The translations under genes and the position numbers were made by a program. The notes below the pieces were generated by a model. It searched no databases and was not told where the DNA came from. It worked only from the letters and a program-made list of their open reading frames with translations. Below, one piece after another: positions 7,893 to 18,419 of a DNA stretch of 64,000 nt. The DNA comes from an uncultured bacterium (lineage in GTDB: Bacteria; CSSED10-310; CAZUFC01): the NCBI GenBank assembly GCA_964619725.1, contig CAZUFC010000017.1:21708-85707 (forward strand), read 5' to 3'. Each line of letters starts with the position of its first letter. The first letter of the stretch is position 1.

Positions 7893-10238
7893 TTATACGT
7901 CAACCCGGGATTTTCTCCATAACGACAGAAGGAATCCGGGTATAACGAGGAGCAGCAGGGCGCTCCAGGGTGATGTTGCGGGTATGGGCGGCGGAAGTTC
8001 ATCCGAAACGTCGCCTGATACGACCAGGGCGTAGCCTTGGGTAAAGGCGTTCAGGTCCGCGCAGTTCACGTTCACGGTATAAACGCCTGGTTCCGGTTCA
8101 TCCAGATATACGCATTCCACGGTGTTCACGTCATCATATATGCCGCCGGTCGTTGACCATCCGTACTGGAATTTATTGCCGATGTATTCAGTTTCATCAG
8201 GCGCGGCGACGGTCAGGTTAAGGTCGTTCCTGACCACGGAACCTGTAGTTCCTATTATTCCATAATAGTCGGTCCAGCAGAGAGTAATTTTGAGAGGCTC
8301 ATCGGACGAGGACACGTAATACTGGTATTCGTGTTCCTGCCCCGAGGCGGTGAAGCCATCAGCGTTTAAAATATCCTTTACGCAAATTTTCCGCGTATCG
8401 CCTTCAAAAAACATCACGTCATCCAGGGTAGGCCGTCCCCACCCCTGATCGTCTCCGGGTCTGTCGCCGAAACCGGTGCATATGCCGATCATTCTTCTCG
8501 CTGAATTGATAATCATGGCTTTGAGTAAAGCTCCTGAAGGATCGAGTGAGTCTTCGGTTATTTGTGTTCCGGAGGGGTAATAACCTTCTTCAAAATACTG
8601 ATGGATCAAAGCTACGGCCCCGGCCACTATAGGCGCGGCAAAACTCGTTCCCCCCACGGAACAAACCTGACTGTTGAAGAATCCCTCACAAACTCCATCG
8701 GCTTTGTTTAATCTCAAGCCCGAATGATTACTGTCGGAACCCGGAGCGACGACATCCGGCATCTGACTGTTCCCTGTAGCGTTAGGCCCCCTGTTGCTGG
8801 CCCACCACCCGTTATACATATCGTCCAGATCATCCAGATCGTCCGAGGCTCCGACATCAATCGGGCTTTTGGAATAATTCGGGTCCTGGTAGTCGGCCAT
8901 TGATGCGCATGAACCGTCATTCCCGCAGGCATTCGTTATCATGCACTCTTCATTGTATCTAATGGTGTAATCGTACAACCGGGCCTGGTTGGTATAATCT
9001 TCAGGCGGGGAACCGGGAGACCCCCAGCTCCAGCTTGTGTTCAATACGCATGCGCCCATATCCAGAAGGTTGTTCCATTGATTGTACTGGTCTGTGAAGT
9101 TGAACCCGGAAAAACCGTTGTTCGGTCCGAAAAATATCTGGGCCTCGTGAGCGAGCGCATCCCCGTAATAACCCGCGGAATGGTAAAGCGTAAAAATTGA
9201 AGCATCATCGGCATTGCCGTCCTGGGCCGCTGCCGCTGCCACAGACGTCCCATGTCCGTCGTATTCGTCGCAAAGAACTCCTCCGGCCAAGTCCGCATAA
9301 GGAACCTTCAGCGTGTAATCGGGCGTCGTTATCAATGGATTGACGGGAGGTCTGAAGTAAGCATGATTATAATCGATCCCGGAATCCGAAATCGCTATCG
9401 CCTGATGCTGTCCATGTATGCCATGCTCCATCCAGACAGGATAATCATCAGTATTGACAGTTCCGTCCGTTATATCATCATCATCTCCGCCGGCCGACTG
9501 AATTATTCCCGCTGCGCTTAATCCTTCAAATTTCTTGATCTTGGGCCGCGGACTTATATATCTCACTTTCCCCCGTTTCGACAAAACGATTATAAGGCTT
9601 TCAGGCTGCGGCACGTATAAACCCATGCTTAAACCGTCGCTTCCGAAATCAAAACAATCAAATATCTCCGCATTTAACTCACTCGCTATCTCACCGGCCT
9701 CAGCTTCACTCACACCGGGAAAAAATTCTACATATACTTCGCCTCGCCCCTCGGCATCCCTCGGTATATGAGCATCCGGCAAACCCATTAAATTGGGTGA
9801 AATCTTGTAGGCCGGATGATATCGGCCCGTCCAATCAACAAATTCCAAATTCCTTAACGCCGTAACCTGTTCCTCGGAACTGACCTTTACAATATAAAAA
9901 TAATTGGGAATCCGAAGCCGCGTAGTTTCCGCTCCCGTCCGCCGCACTTCACTCAGCCAGCTCTCTTCCCACGGTTTCTCAATATGTACCAGCAGCCATT
10001 CTTCCTCTTCGCCTGCCTTGCCCGTGCACAATAACTCAGCAGGCATCTCCGGCTCAGAATCATCATGAATGGAAAAACAAACCGTGGACAAAAAAATGGC
10101 CGAGTCGTCCTCGAAAGGTAATTTTTCGCCGTAAAGCGGTCTAACGGAATAAGGCCACGGCTCACCCGCTGCGATTGCTCCGGCAGAAAACATGACGGCT
10201 GTAAACAAAAAAACAAATAAATTTTTTCTGATTTTCAT
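7893..10238 (-). CDS. Secreted S8 subtilisin-like peptidase (KP-43 type) with IPTL-CTERM-like tail
   Basis: Signal peptide from MKIRKNL (10238). Catalytic triad in ISDSGID / GHGTSVA / GGTSFAAP; PSGALLKAMIIN and DQGWGR; C-terminal beta domain; ends PIPATSPWSALLLLVIPGFLLSLWRKSR. Confidence 0.9.
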   Translation of the reverse strand: MKIRKNLFVFLFTAVMFSAGAIAAGEPWPYSVRPLYGEKLPFEDDSAIFLSTVCFSIHDDSEPEMPAELLCTGKAGEEEEWLLVHIEKPWEESWLSEVRRTGAETTRLRIPNYFYIVKVSSEEQVTALRNLEFVDWTGRYHPAYKISPNLMGLPDAHIPRDAEGRGEVYVEFFPGVSEAEAGEIASELNAEIFDCFDFGSDGLSMGLYVPQPESLIIVLSKRGKVRYISPRPKIKKFEGLSAAGIIQSAGGDDDDITDGTVNTDDYPVWMEHGIHGQHQAIAISDSGIDYNHAYFRPPVNPLITTPDYTLKVPYADLAGGVLCDEYDGHGTSVAAAAAQDGNADDASIFTLYHSAGYYGDALAHEAQIFFGPNNGFSGFNFTDQYNQWNNLLDMGACVLNTSWSWGSPGSPPEDYTNQARLYDYTIRYNEECMITNACGNDGSCASMADYQDPNYSKSPIDVGASDDLDDLDDMYNGWWASNRGPNATGNSQMPDVVAPGSDSNHSGLRLNKADGVCEGFFNSQVCSVGGTSFAAPIVAGAVALIHQYFEEGYYPSGTQITEDSLDPSGALLKAMIINSARRMIGICTGFGDRPGDDQGWGRPTLDDVMFFEGDTRKICVKDILNADGFTASGQEHEYQYYVSSSDEPLKITLCWTDYYGIIGTTGSVVRNDLNLTVAAPDETEYIGNKFQYGWSTTGGIYDDVNTVECVYLDEPEPGVYTVNVNCADLNAFTQGYALVVSGDVSDELPPPIPATSPWSALLLLVIPGFLLSLWRKSRVDV

Positions 10239-10523
10239 CCTTTTTTTCTCCTGATCATTCTGTAAATTTAATCCGGATATGTCCCGGTTATGCGTCTTTA
10301 AACGTTCCATTAACTGCGACGCCTCATGAAACCATATTCATATATACGAACGTCCCACTCCCGTGTCAAACTTTGAGCTGCCCATCCGTATACTCATACG
10401 ACCGACTCTGCGTTCTGCCCTGCAGCAGCCGGCAAGCGTTCTCGCCTTCTACGCCGACGGATATTTTTTTACAGTCTCTATATTCTTTGCTATCTTGATT
10501 CCGGAGAACGGACGGTCCTTATC

Positions 10524-11561
10524 ATGAAAGAAATTCAGGAATTAAACAAAACGCAAATGGATGTCTCAGTCCGCAACCTGGGATGGAAGCCCTACCGCTC
10601 ACGGCAGATACTCCGCTGGCTGTATAAAAAAAACGAATTCAATGTCGACCGGATGACTGATATTCCTGAAAGATATCGAACGGCAATCAAGCAAGAATTC
10701 TTCTGCTATAAACCGCCTGTGATTCGTTCTCAAAAAGCAGAAGACGATACGAAAAAACTTCAATTGATGCTGAAAGACGGTCATTCGATCGAAACAGTTT
10801 TCATGCCCTACGAAGATCGCTCCACTGTTTGCATCTCCACTCAGGTCGGCTGCGCCATGGGCTGTCGCTTCTGTGCAACAGGAAAAATGGGGTTAATTCG
10901 TAACCTCAGCGCCTCCGAAATATTTTCACAGCTCAAAATCGTTCAACGCGAATTCAACGATAAAAAAGATAAGAAACCGGTGAATATCGTACTGATGGGC
11001 ATGGGAGAACCTCTTCATAATTTCGCCAACGTCATCAAAGCCCTTACTTTTTTATTGGCTGATTGGGGATTTGACTGGTCCAAACGGAGAATAACTCTAT
11101 CAACCTGCGGTTTGATTCCTCAATTGGAGGCTCTGGGAAAACTGAATCTGGGTATAAATCTCTCCGTTTCCCTCAATGCCTCCGACGATAAGACCAGAAG
11201 CCTTCTCATGCCCGTCAATATTAAGTATCCTCTGGACCAGCTCATGAACTGCCTTCGCCGTTATCCCCTGGCTAAAAGACAAAGAATTACCTTTGAATAT
11301 ATTCTGATTAAAGGCATAAACGACTCTTATCAGGCGGCTAAAAAACTGATCAGAATTCTCCATGGCATAAAATCTAAAATAAATCTCATTCCCTACAACA
11401 CTATTCCTGAATTTAAATCACAGCAGCCTTCTCAAAAGGATATCCTGACCTTTCAGAATATCCTCATTGATTCAGGATACTCGACTTTTATCAGGGAAAG
11501 TAAAGGCTCCAGCATATCTGCAGCATGCGGGCAGCTCGTTACCCGTAAGCCGGATATTTGA
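10524..11561 (+). CDS. rlmN: 23S rRNA (A2503)/tRNA C2-methyltransferase RlmN
   Basis: CISTQVGCAMGCRFCATG (radical SAM), MGMGEP, and AACGQL. Confidence 0.96.
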   Translation: MKEIQELNKTQMDVSVRNLGWKPYRSRQILRWLYKKNEFNVDRMTDIPERYRTAIKQEFFCYKPPVIRSQKAEDDTKKLQLMLKDGHSIETVFMPYEDRSTVCISTQVGCAMGCRFCATGKMGLIRNLSASEIFSQLKIVQREFNDKKDKKPVNIVLMGMGEPLHNFANVIKALTFLLADWGFDWSKRRITLSTCGLIPQLEALGKLNLGINLSVSLNASDDKTRSLLMPVNIKYPLDQLMNCLRRYPLAKRQRITFEYILIKGINDSYQAAKKLIRILHGIKSKINLIPYNTIPEFKSQQPSQKDILTFQNILIDSGYSTFIRESKGSSISAACGQLVTRKPDI

Positions 11562-11623
11562 TTAATGCAGCGGAAGGCATTAGAAATTTCGGCAGCGTTA
11601 CTTTCCGATTATGACGCATTGCA

Positions 11624-11695
11624 TTGTAAAATGTAACTTTACAACGATCCTTTCCGCGCTTTTTTGTTGACAGGACGCATCCAAGTTTTTATACT
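11624..11695 (+). promoter_or_regulatory. Sigma-70 promoter plus upstream palindromic operator of the FadL-like gene
   Basis: TTGACA (11667-72)-N17-TATACT (11690-95), with TTGTAAA-N7-TTTACAA at 11624-11644. Confidence 0.7.
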
Positions 11696-11823
11696 CGCAC
11701 GAACTGCATTCCTCAACAGGATTTAATTCAATTCTTGGATTGGAAAGATGTTCGATTTGTTCCGGGTTTTCATCGTTTGAAGGAGGAATGCGAGGAACGT
11801 TTTATTCTCAAGAAGGAGGAATC

Positions 11824-13071
11824 ATGGAGCGTATCAAAGTTATTTTAACGGCAGCGGCGATAATTATTCTGATGACGGAAAACGCGATGGGCAACGGATT
11901 TGCGGTTCCTATTCAGGGCGGGCGTTCACTCGGCGCCAGTTTTGCCGTCTCTTCCGATGCGGAAGATATTTCCGTCCTTTATAACAATCCGGCCGGATTG
12001 ACGCAGATGGAGGGAACTCATATAACGCTGGGAACCAATAACGGATATGCGGATGCCGAGTACAAAGCCGGCGGAGAAAAAAAAGTAAGCATTCAACAAC
12101 ATGCATTTTACCTGCCGTTAGTGGGAGTCGCTTCGGATTTAGGCACGGAGAGATTCCGGGTTGGCCTGGGTTTGTATGCGCCCTACGGAGCGCGTATGGA
12201 TTATCCTTCGGAGGGGCCTCAGCGTTTCCTCATACAGTATGTGGATTTACACACCATATTTACCACGGCGGCGGCTGCCTATAAAATAACGGATAAACTC
12301 TCTGCCGCGCTGGCGTTGCATTATGTCATGGCTGAATTGACTTTGGAGCAGAGTCGCATTGAAGAATTCCTGGGACTGGAAGTGGACGTTGATATCGGCA
12401 TGAACGCTGAAAGCGACGATCTGGGCTGGGGGCTTTCATTGATGTATGACGTCAACGACAGGATAACAACAGGATTAAGTTATACGCATAAACTGGTGGG
12501 CGACATGGACGGCACGGTCAGAATTCGGGAAGTCAATATGGATATTCCCTTTGAACTGGAATTTGAAGAGATGAAAATCAGGGAATTCGACGTAGTGCTG
12601 CCTAACGTTTATCGCTACGGAATTAATTATAAGTTTAATCCCAATTTTAAAATTCTGGCTGACGTGCTTTACTGGAAATGGTCTCTCTGGGAGGAAAATG
12701 AAATACTTCTGGAAGAGAATCCTTACGGCATTGAGGAAGTGAACATTAAAAGAGACTGGAAGGATGCCCTGACGATTTGTGTTGGAACCGAATACAAACG
12801 GAATAAATGGGAATATCGTTTCGGACTGGGTTACGACCAGAAAGCCATTCCGGATGAAACGCTCGATCCTGCTATTCCTGATTCTGATAAATATTTATTC
12901 GCTGTTGGAATGGGATACAACTTCTCTGACAGGTACGACGTCAATCTGGGATTCGGGCACCTTCATTATCTTGATCGTGAAGTAGACAACAGCGAGCTTG
13001 AAGTCCCGGGTAACGGCGAATATGCCTATGGAATGGATTTCCTGAGTTTCGATTTCAATATCAGACTATAG
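11824..13071 (+). CDS. OmpP1/FadL/TodX-family outer-membrane transporter
   Basis: Signal peptide then NGFAV; YNNPAGL hatch motif, GLGLYAPYG, PAIPDSD and a C-terminal beta signal. AGGAGGA RBS before 11824. Confidence 0.9.
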   Translation: MERIKVILTAAAIIILMTENAMGNGFAVPIQGGRSLGASFAVSSDAEDISVLYNNPAGLTQMEGTHITLGTNNGYADAEYKAGGEKKVSIQQHAFYLPLVGVASDLGTERFRVGLGLYAPYGARMDYPSEGPQRFLIQYVDLHTIFTTAAAAYKITDKLSAALALHYVMAELTLEQSRIEEFLGLEVDVDIGMNAESDDLGWGLSLMYDVNDRITTGLSYTHKLVGDMDGTVRIREVNMDIPFELEFEEMKIREFDVVLPNVYRYGINYKFNPNFKILADVLYWKWSLWEENEILLEENPYGIEEVNIKRDWKDALTICVGTEYKRNKWEYRFGLGYDQKAIPDETLDPAIPDSDKYLFAVGMGYNFSDRYDVNLGFGHLHYLDREVDNSELEVPGNGEYAYGMDFLSFDFNIRL

Positions 13072-13374
13072 GATTCTGGGGATAGATCAAATAGGGGTTA
13101 CGCCTTTTCATAAAATATTTGATTGATTGAAATTCCCGTCAAGATACCAGACCTGACCCATAACTTTCTCTCTGACAAACTCACTTGGTTGTTTTTTCAT
13201 AAAAGGACGTTTGTTTCGGTATCATTTATCGGAGTAAGCTGTTACGAGGATATGTGTTTTGCCTTTATCAGATGTTCAAGGCTGCGAAAATTCACATCTA
13301 CTGAATTTGATTCATGAAAATTGTGAAATGTTTAATGAAAAAATACAATCGATAAATTTTAAATCCGCTTTTTT

Positions 13375-15258
13375 TTATTCAGCGGCATTTCTGCCTTCAG
13401 CCAGTTTAAGATATATCATAAGAGCGTTAAGCGCTGCAGGGGTTATGCCCGGAATGCGAGAGGCCTGTCCTATAGAAAGCGGTCTGATTTTTTTGAGTTT
13501 TTGGCGCAGTTCGAACGAGAGGCCGTGCACTTCCTCATAGTCAAGCCCTGCCGGTATGCGGATTTGTTCGGATTTTCTGAATTTTTCGGCTGTTTCTTTC
13601 TGTCTCTGTATATAGCCTTCGTACTTGATTTTTATTTCGAGTCTTTTGTGGAGCATCTCAGGCAAAGGCATATGGGAATGGTCTTTTATGAGATCGAGTA
13701 GTTTGCGATAGGATATGCCGGGCCTGCGTAAAATTTGTTTTGCGGTTAAAGGATGATCAGGCGGGTTTTCATTATTGGCTGTGAACCAGCGTCTGGTGTT
13801 TTCGGTAGGATTGAGCGAAAGAGCGTTAAGGAATTCGATTTCAGATTGCAGTTGATCCAGTTGTTCCTGGACGTGTTTTATTTCATTTTCGGATATGAGA
13901 CCAAAGCGTCTTCCGTATCGAATAAGCCTTTCCTCGGCGTTGTCTTCACGCAACAATAACCGGTATTCAGCGCGGGAAGTAAACATCCGGTAAGGTTCAT
14001 CGACACCGCGAGTGACCAGATCGTCAACCATGACTCCGATATAAGCTTCGTCTCTCCGAGGAACCCAGGAGGATTCGCCCTGCAACTTTAAAGCGGCGTT
14101 GATGCCTGCCAGCAATCCCTGGGCAGCGGCTTCTTCATATCCGCTGGTGCCGTTTATCTGACCCGTGAAATAGAGGTTTTCTATTTTTTTCGTTTCCAGC
14201 GTGGGTTTGAGCTGCGTGGGGGGCATGAAATCGTATTCTATGCCGTAGCCCGGTTTGAGGATTTCCGCCTTTTCCAGGCCCTCTATTGATCGAATATACT
14301 CTACCTGCACATCGTAAGGAAGACTTGTGGATATTCCGTTAGCATAGTATTCGTCGATATCCGAGCCTTCCGGCTCCAAAAATAACTGATGTTTATTCCG
14401 GTCCGGAAAACGCACGACTTTATCTTCAATGGATGGGCAATATCTGGGTCCGATTCCGACTATTCTTCCCTGATACAATGGCGATTTATCCAAATTCTCC
14501 CTTATAATTCTGTGAGTCGTTTTATTAGTGTAGCCAATCCAGCATGGTCTCTGGGGACGTTCAATGTTTTTTGTGCGAAATGAGAACCAATGATGATCTT
14601 CCTCGCCGTCTTGCCTGACGAATTTTTTAAAATTGATGGTCCTGCCGTCGATTCTTGCCGGAGTGCCCGTTTTTAACCGCCCCACTTCAAAATTCAATGA
14701 TTTAAGCGAATCTGACAAACGATGAGAAGCGAAATCGCCGATACGGCCGGCTGGATAGTTCTGAAGTCCTATATGGATCAGTCCGTTCATAAAGGTCCCC
14801 GTCGACAGAATAACAGCGCTGCTCAACCGTTCGCCGCCCCATTGCAGTTTTACGCCGACAACGCGACCGTCATCCGCCAGAATCTCCTGGACCATATCCT
14901 GAGTCAACAGAAGGCGCTCCTGGTTTTCTACCGCTTTTCTCATATAAAGAGAATATTGGCGTCTGTCTGATTGAACGCGAAGCGCCTGCACCGCCGGTCC
15001 CTTTTTCTTGTTTAGCACGCGAAACTGAATGGCTGTCTGATCCGTAGCATCGCCCATGACGCCTCCGAGAGCGACGATCTCCCTTACAAGATGACTTTTT
15101 CCCAGGCCGCCGACGGCAGGATTACATGACATCTGCGCTATATGATCAATATTGGAAGTGACCAGCAGCGTTTCCATTCCCATCCCTGCAGCAGCCATCG
15201 CCGCCTCGATACCCGCATGTCCTGCCCCGACTACTATGATATCATACGTTTCAGGCAT
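13375..15258 (-). CDS. mnmG: tRNA uridine-5-carboxymethylaminomethyl(34) synthesis enzyme MnmG
   Basis: VVGAGHAGIEAA, MSCNPAVGG, RLKTGTPAR, GPRYCPSIEDK, GQINGTSGYEEAAAQG and EPYRMFTSRAEYRL. Confidence 0.98.
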   Translation of the reverse strand: MPETYDIIVVGAGHAGIEAAMAAAGMGMETLLVTSNIDHIAQMSCNPAVGGLGKSHLVREIVALGGVMGDATDQTAIQFRVLNKKKGPAVQALRVQSDRRQYSLYMRKAVENQERLLLTQDMVQEILADDGRVVGVKLQWGGERLSSAVILSTGTFMNGLIHIGLQNYPAGRIGDFASHRLSDSLKSLNFEVGRLKTGTPARIDGRTINFKKFVRQDGEEDHHWFSFRTKNIERPQRPCWIGYTNKTTHRIIRENLDKSPLYQGRIVGIGPRYCPSIEDKVVRFPDRNKHQLFLEPEGSDIDEYYANGISTSLPYDVQVEYIRSIEGLEKAEILKPGYGIEYDFMPPTQLKPTLETKKIENLYFTGQINGTSGYEEAAAQGLLAGINAALKLQGESSWVPRRDEAYIGVMVDDLVTRGVDEPYRMFTSRAEYRLLLREDNAEERLIRYGRRFGLISENEIKHVQEQLDQLQSEIEFLNALSLNPTENTRRWFTANNENPPDHPLTAKQILRRPGISYRKLLDLIKDHSHMPLPEMLHKRLEIKIKYEGYIQRQKETAEKFRKSEQIRIPAGLDYEEVHGLSFELRQKLKKIRPLSIGQASRIPGITPAALNALMIYLKLAEGRNAAE

Positions 15259-15263
15259 ATCGC

Positions 15264-16652
15264 TCACTTTCCGATGCAAAATCGACTGAAAATTAAATCA
15301 AGCACATCATCGGGCGTCGCTTCGCCCGTTACTTCGCCTACAGCATCCAGCGCAGCCATAATATCCGCTGCCGGAAATTCCGGAGAACTGCCTTCTTCTA
15401 CACGTTTTCCCGCCCTGGCAAGATTCTCCAAAATTTCTTTTAACAATTTGCGATGACGCACTCCAGCCAGAATATCGCTTTCGCTCGATTCAGCCTTCTG
15501 ACGCACCCACATTACCGCTGCTTTCCTCAAATCTTCAACGCCGGCGCCGGTCAATGCGCTGATGATGAAGAGCGGGAAGGAAGGAAATCGATCCCCAAGC
15601 AAAGAAACATCCAGTTTCATTTCCAAGTCCTTCTTGTTGCAGACCAGGAAAACATCAGGTCCTTCAATGTTCGTAATTATTTCCAGATCGTCCTCTCTTA
15701 ACGCCAAAGAGGCATCCAGCACAAAAAACAGTAAATCAGCTTCCCGTATCCTCTTTCGACTTCTGTTTATCCCCTCTGCTTCAACTTCTAAGGCATTCTT
15801 CCTTAATCCAGCCGTATCGATCAATCGGAACAGAACGCCTCCTATCATCCGCTCTTCCTCAATAAGATCACGGGTAGTTCCCGGTGAAAAATGAACTATC
15901 GCCCGGTCCTCTTCCAGAAGGGCATTCAATAATCGTGACTTGCCCGCGTTCGGAGGCCCTGCGATAACAAGCCTGTATCCCTCCTTCAAACCCTTTTTTT
16001 CTTCCGAATAATTCAAAAATTTCGCCGTATCTCTGCTCACATCTTCTAAAACCGCTAAAAATGCTTCCCTGTCAAAGTCATCCAGCTCTTCTTCAGGAAA
16101 ATCAATGGCCGTTTCCAGCCGCATCTTAAGTTCTATCAGCTTCTCCTTTATCTGCTCGAATCGCTCCGATAATCCGCCTTCCAGTTGTTTTAATCCTGAT
16201 TTCAAGGCCGATCGGCTTTTGGCGTTTATGATGTCCAGCACAGCCTCGGCCTGAGTCAAATCGATGCGATTGTTTAAAAAAGCCCTTCGAGTGAATTCTC
16301 CAGGTTGCGCCATACGGGCGCCGGCATCCGTGACGACTTCCAGAATTAACATGGAGACAAGCCTGCCGCCGTGACAGTATATCTCCGCTGTATCCTCTCC
16401 CGTGTAACTGCGAGGTCCCTTCATGAAGCTAACTAATACCTGATCGATGATCTCCTCGTTTTTCGGCTCCTTTATGATGCCGTGATAAAGTCTGTGCGAT
16501 GCGTAATCCTTACGCGCTTTACCGTCTCTTTTGAAAAAAATTCTCTGAAGCAGCGCTGACGATTCAGGTCCGCTTATTCTTATAACGGCTATTCCGCCTT
16601 CGCCCTGCGGAGTCGCAATAGCTGCAATCGTGTCGTTCAGGATGACTTTCAA
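15264..16652 (-). CDS. mnmE: tRNA modification GTPase MnmE
   Basis: DTIAAIATP, GEFTRRAFLN, GPPNAGKS, PGTTRD, DTAG, NKKD and C-terminal FCIGK. TTG start. Confidence 0.98.
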   Translation of the reverse strand: MKVILNDTIAAIATPQGEGGIAVIRISGPESSALLQRIFFKRDGKARKDYASHRLYHGIIKEPKNEEIIDQVLVSFMKGPRSYTGEDTAEIYCHGGRLVSMLILEVVTDAGARMAQPGEFTRRAFLNNRIDLTQAEAVLDIINAKSRSALKSGLKQLEGGLSERFEQIKEKLIELKMRLETAIDFPEEELDDFDREAFLAVLEDVSRDTAKFLNYSEEKKGLKEGYRLVIAGPPNAGKSRLLNALLEEDRAIVHFSPGTTRDLIEEERMIGGVLFRLIDTAGLRKNALEVEAEGINRSRKRIREADLLFFVLDASLALREDDLEIITNIEGPDVFLVCNKKDLEMKLDVSLLGDRFPSFPLFIISALTGAGVEDLRKAAVMWVRQKAESSESDILAGVRHRKLLKEILENLARAGKRVEEGSSPEFPAADIMAALDAVGEVTGEATPDDVLDLIFSRFCIGK

Positions 16653-16784
16653 TTTCCGACGCCTCCCCGGTCGAATATTACATCAAGAAGTCTTGAAAAA
16701 AAACCTCAAAAATATTATAAAAATCATCGATTATTTGAGTCTTCCGATTTAAAATCTCAAACCAGGGAAAATCAGGATTCAAAA

Positions 16785-18419
16785 ATGACGGAAAACAATG
16801 ACGGGAAATTTTACAAAAGCAAAATAAAATCTGCGGCTAAACTAGCAACCGCTTTTGCGCTCATTATCCTGACCGCGCTTTTCGCTTTCGGTTCTTCGCT
16901 GAACAACGGGTTCGTCTATGATGACGAATACCTGATCCAACCGGGACGCTACATGCTCAGCAATATCGAACCGAATGTCTTCTTTTCAGATCAATATTTC
17001 GGCTGGTTCGGCGAAGCTTCCTACCGGCCCGTCGTCAGCCTGTCTTATATGATCGATTATCAATATTCCGGTCGTCTGCCTGTGGGATACCATCAGACGA
17101 ATTTTCTTTTGCATTGCGGGACAGCGCTGCTAATTTTTATTCTCTTAAGAGCTATAAAAATAAATATGCCGGGAGCTCTGGCTGGTACGCTGATCTTTGC
17201 AGGATTACCGGCGGCTTCAGAAGCCGTCAATGGAATAGCTTTTCGGGAGGACCTGCTGGCAGCCTTATTCAGTATAGCCGCTATTATATGCCTTGTCAGA
17301 AGCATCATGACGAAACATCTGCGATGGATCATACTTTTCACGCCGCTTATGATCCTGGCTCTGTTTTCCAAGGAATCGGCTTTCATGCTGCCGGTAATGG
17401 GAATAGCCGTAATGCTTCTGCTCAAAAACCCGAAAGACAGACCGGGCAAAAAATTTTACCTTATCTGGACGATCACCATGTCTGTCGTAACCGGTCTTTG
17501 TCTTCTGGGCTGGTTTCTGCTGATGAAGGATAATGCTTTCTTCCTGCCCAACAAAAACCCAGAACTAAATCAAAGAATCTTCGAAATACCCTGCCTGTTC
17601 TCTTTTTACTTTCAAAAACTGTTCGTGCCCTCCCGTATCGCAGTTGAACTGCCGATGCCCGAGAACCGAAAAGCCGCTTTGTATGTGTCCATCCTCTTCC
17701 TGACCGGCGCTCTCATTGCCGGATTCATGAATAAAAAAGCTGCCCTGTTTTCGCTTTGGTTCGTCATCTTCCTTATCCCTGTATTACAGATCATTCCTTT
17801 AAAAAATAAGATCGGTCTGCGCTTTGTTTATTTACCCGCAGCAGCCTACGCCGGATGGACTGCACTGATCTTTCAACGTCTATGGAACGACGGAAATAAA
17901 ATAAAACGATTAGCCGTCGTCGCCCTTATCGTTATCGTCACATTTCAATGCGGCATTTCAAGAGCCGTCACCGAAAGCTGGGAAAATAACCTGGCCCTGT
18001 GGTCTGTCGCAACGAAAATCAATGCTGACAACGCCCGAGCGGCCTACAATATGGGTAAATATTCGGTCGAAGCAGGATTCATCAAACTGGGAGAAAAATG
18101 GCTTACTAATGCTGTGGAAATCGATCCCGACTCACATTTTTTACTTTTTCAATTAGGCTATTTCTACGAAACCAAGCAGAAAAACAAGAAAAAAGCCGCT
18201 GAATTTTATAGAAAATCCCTTGAATTAAAACCGGATACTTTTCAGCCGAACTTCCAGTTGGGACGGCTACTCTTCCTCAATAATCAAGTGGAAAAAGCGG
18301 AAAAATACTTGAAGAAAGCCCATGCTTTGAAACCGAACTGGATTACCGTTAACGTATGGCTGGATTACGCCCTTGATGAAATTGAAAAAAAGAAGAAAGA
18401 ATCAAAAAATGAAAATTAG
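16785..18419 (+). CDS. TMTC-like GT-C glycosyltransferase with C-terminal TPRs
   Basis: [36 protein letters not shown], then TPR repeats. Confidence 0.85.
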   Translation: MTENNDGKFYKSKIKSAAKLATAFALIILTALFAFGSSLNNGFVYDDEYLIQPGRYMLSNIEPNVFFSDQYFGWFGEASYRPVVSLSYMIDYQYSGRLPVGYHQTNFLLHCGTALLIFILLRAIKINMPGALAGTLIFAGLPAASEAVNGIAFREDLLAALFSIAAIICLVRSIMTKHLRWIILFTPLMILALFSKESAFMLPVMGIAVMLLLKNPKDRPGKKFYLIWTITMSVVTGLCLLGWFLLMKDNAFFLPNKNPELNQRIFEIPCLFSFYFQKLFVPSRIAVELPMPENRKAALYVSILFLTGALIAGFMNKKAALFSLWFVIFLIPVLQIIPLKNKIGLRFVYLPAAAYAGWTALIFQRLWNDGNKIKRLAVVALIVIVTFQCGISRAVTESWENNLALWSVATKINADNARAAYNMGKYSVEAGFIKLGEKWLTNAVEIDPDSHFLLFQLGYFYETKQKNKKKAAEFYRKSLELKPDTFQPNFQLGRLLFLNNQVEKAEKYLKKAHALKPNWITVNVWLDYALDEIEKKKKESKNEN

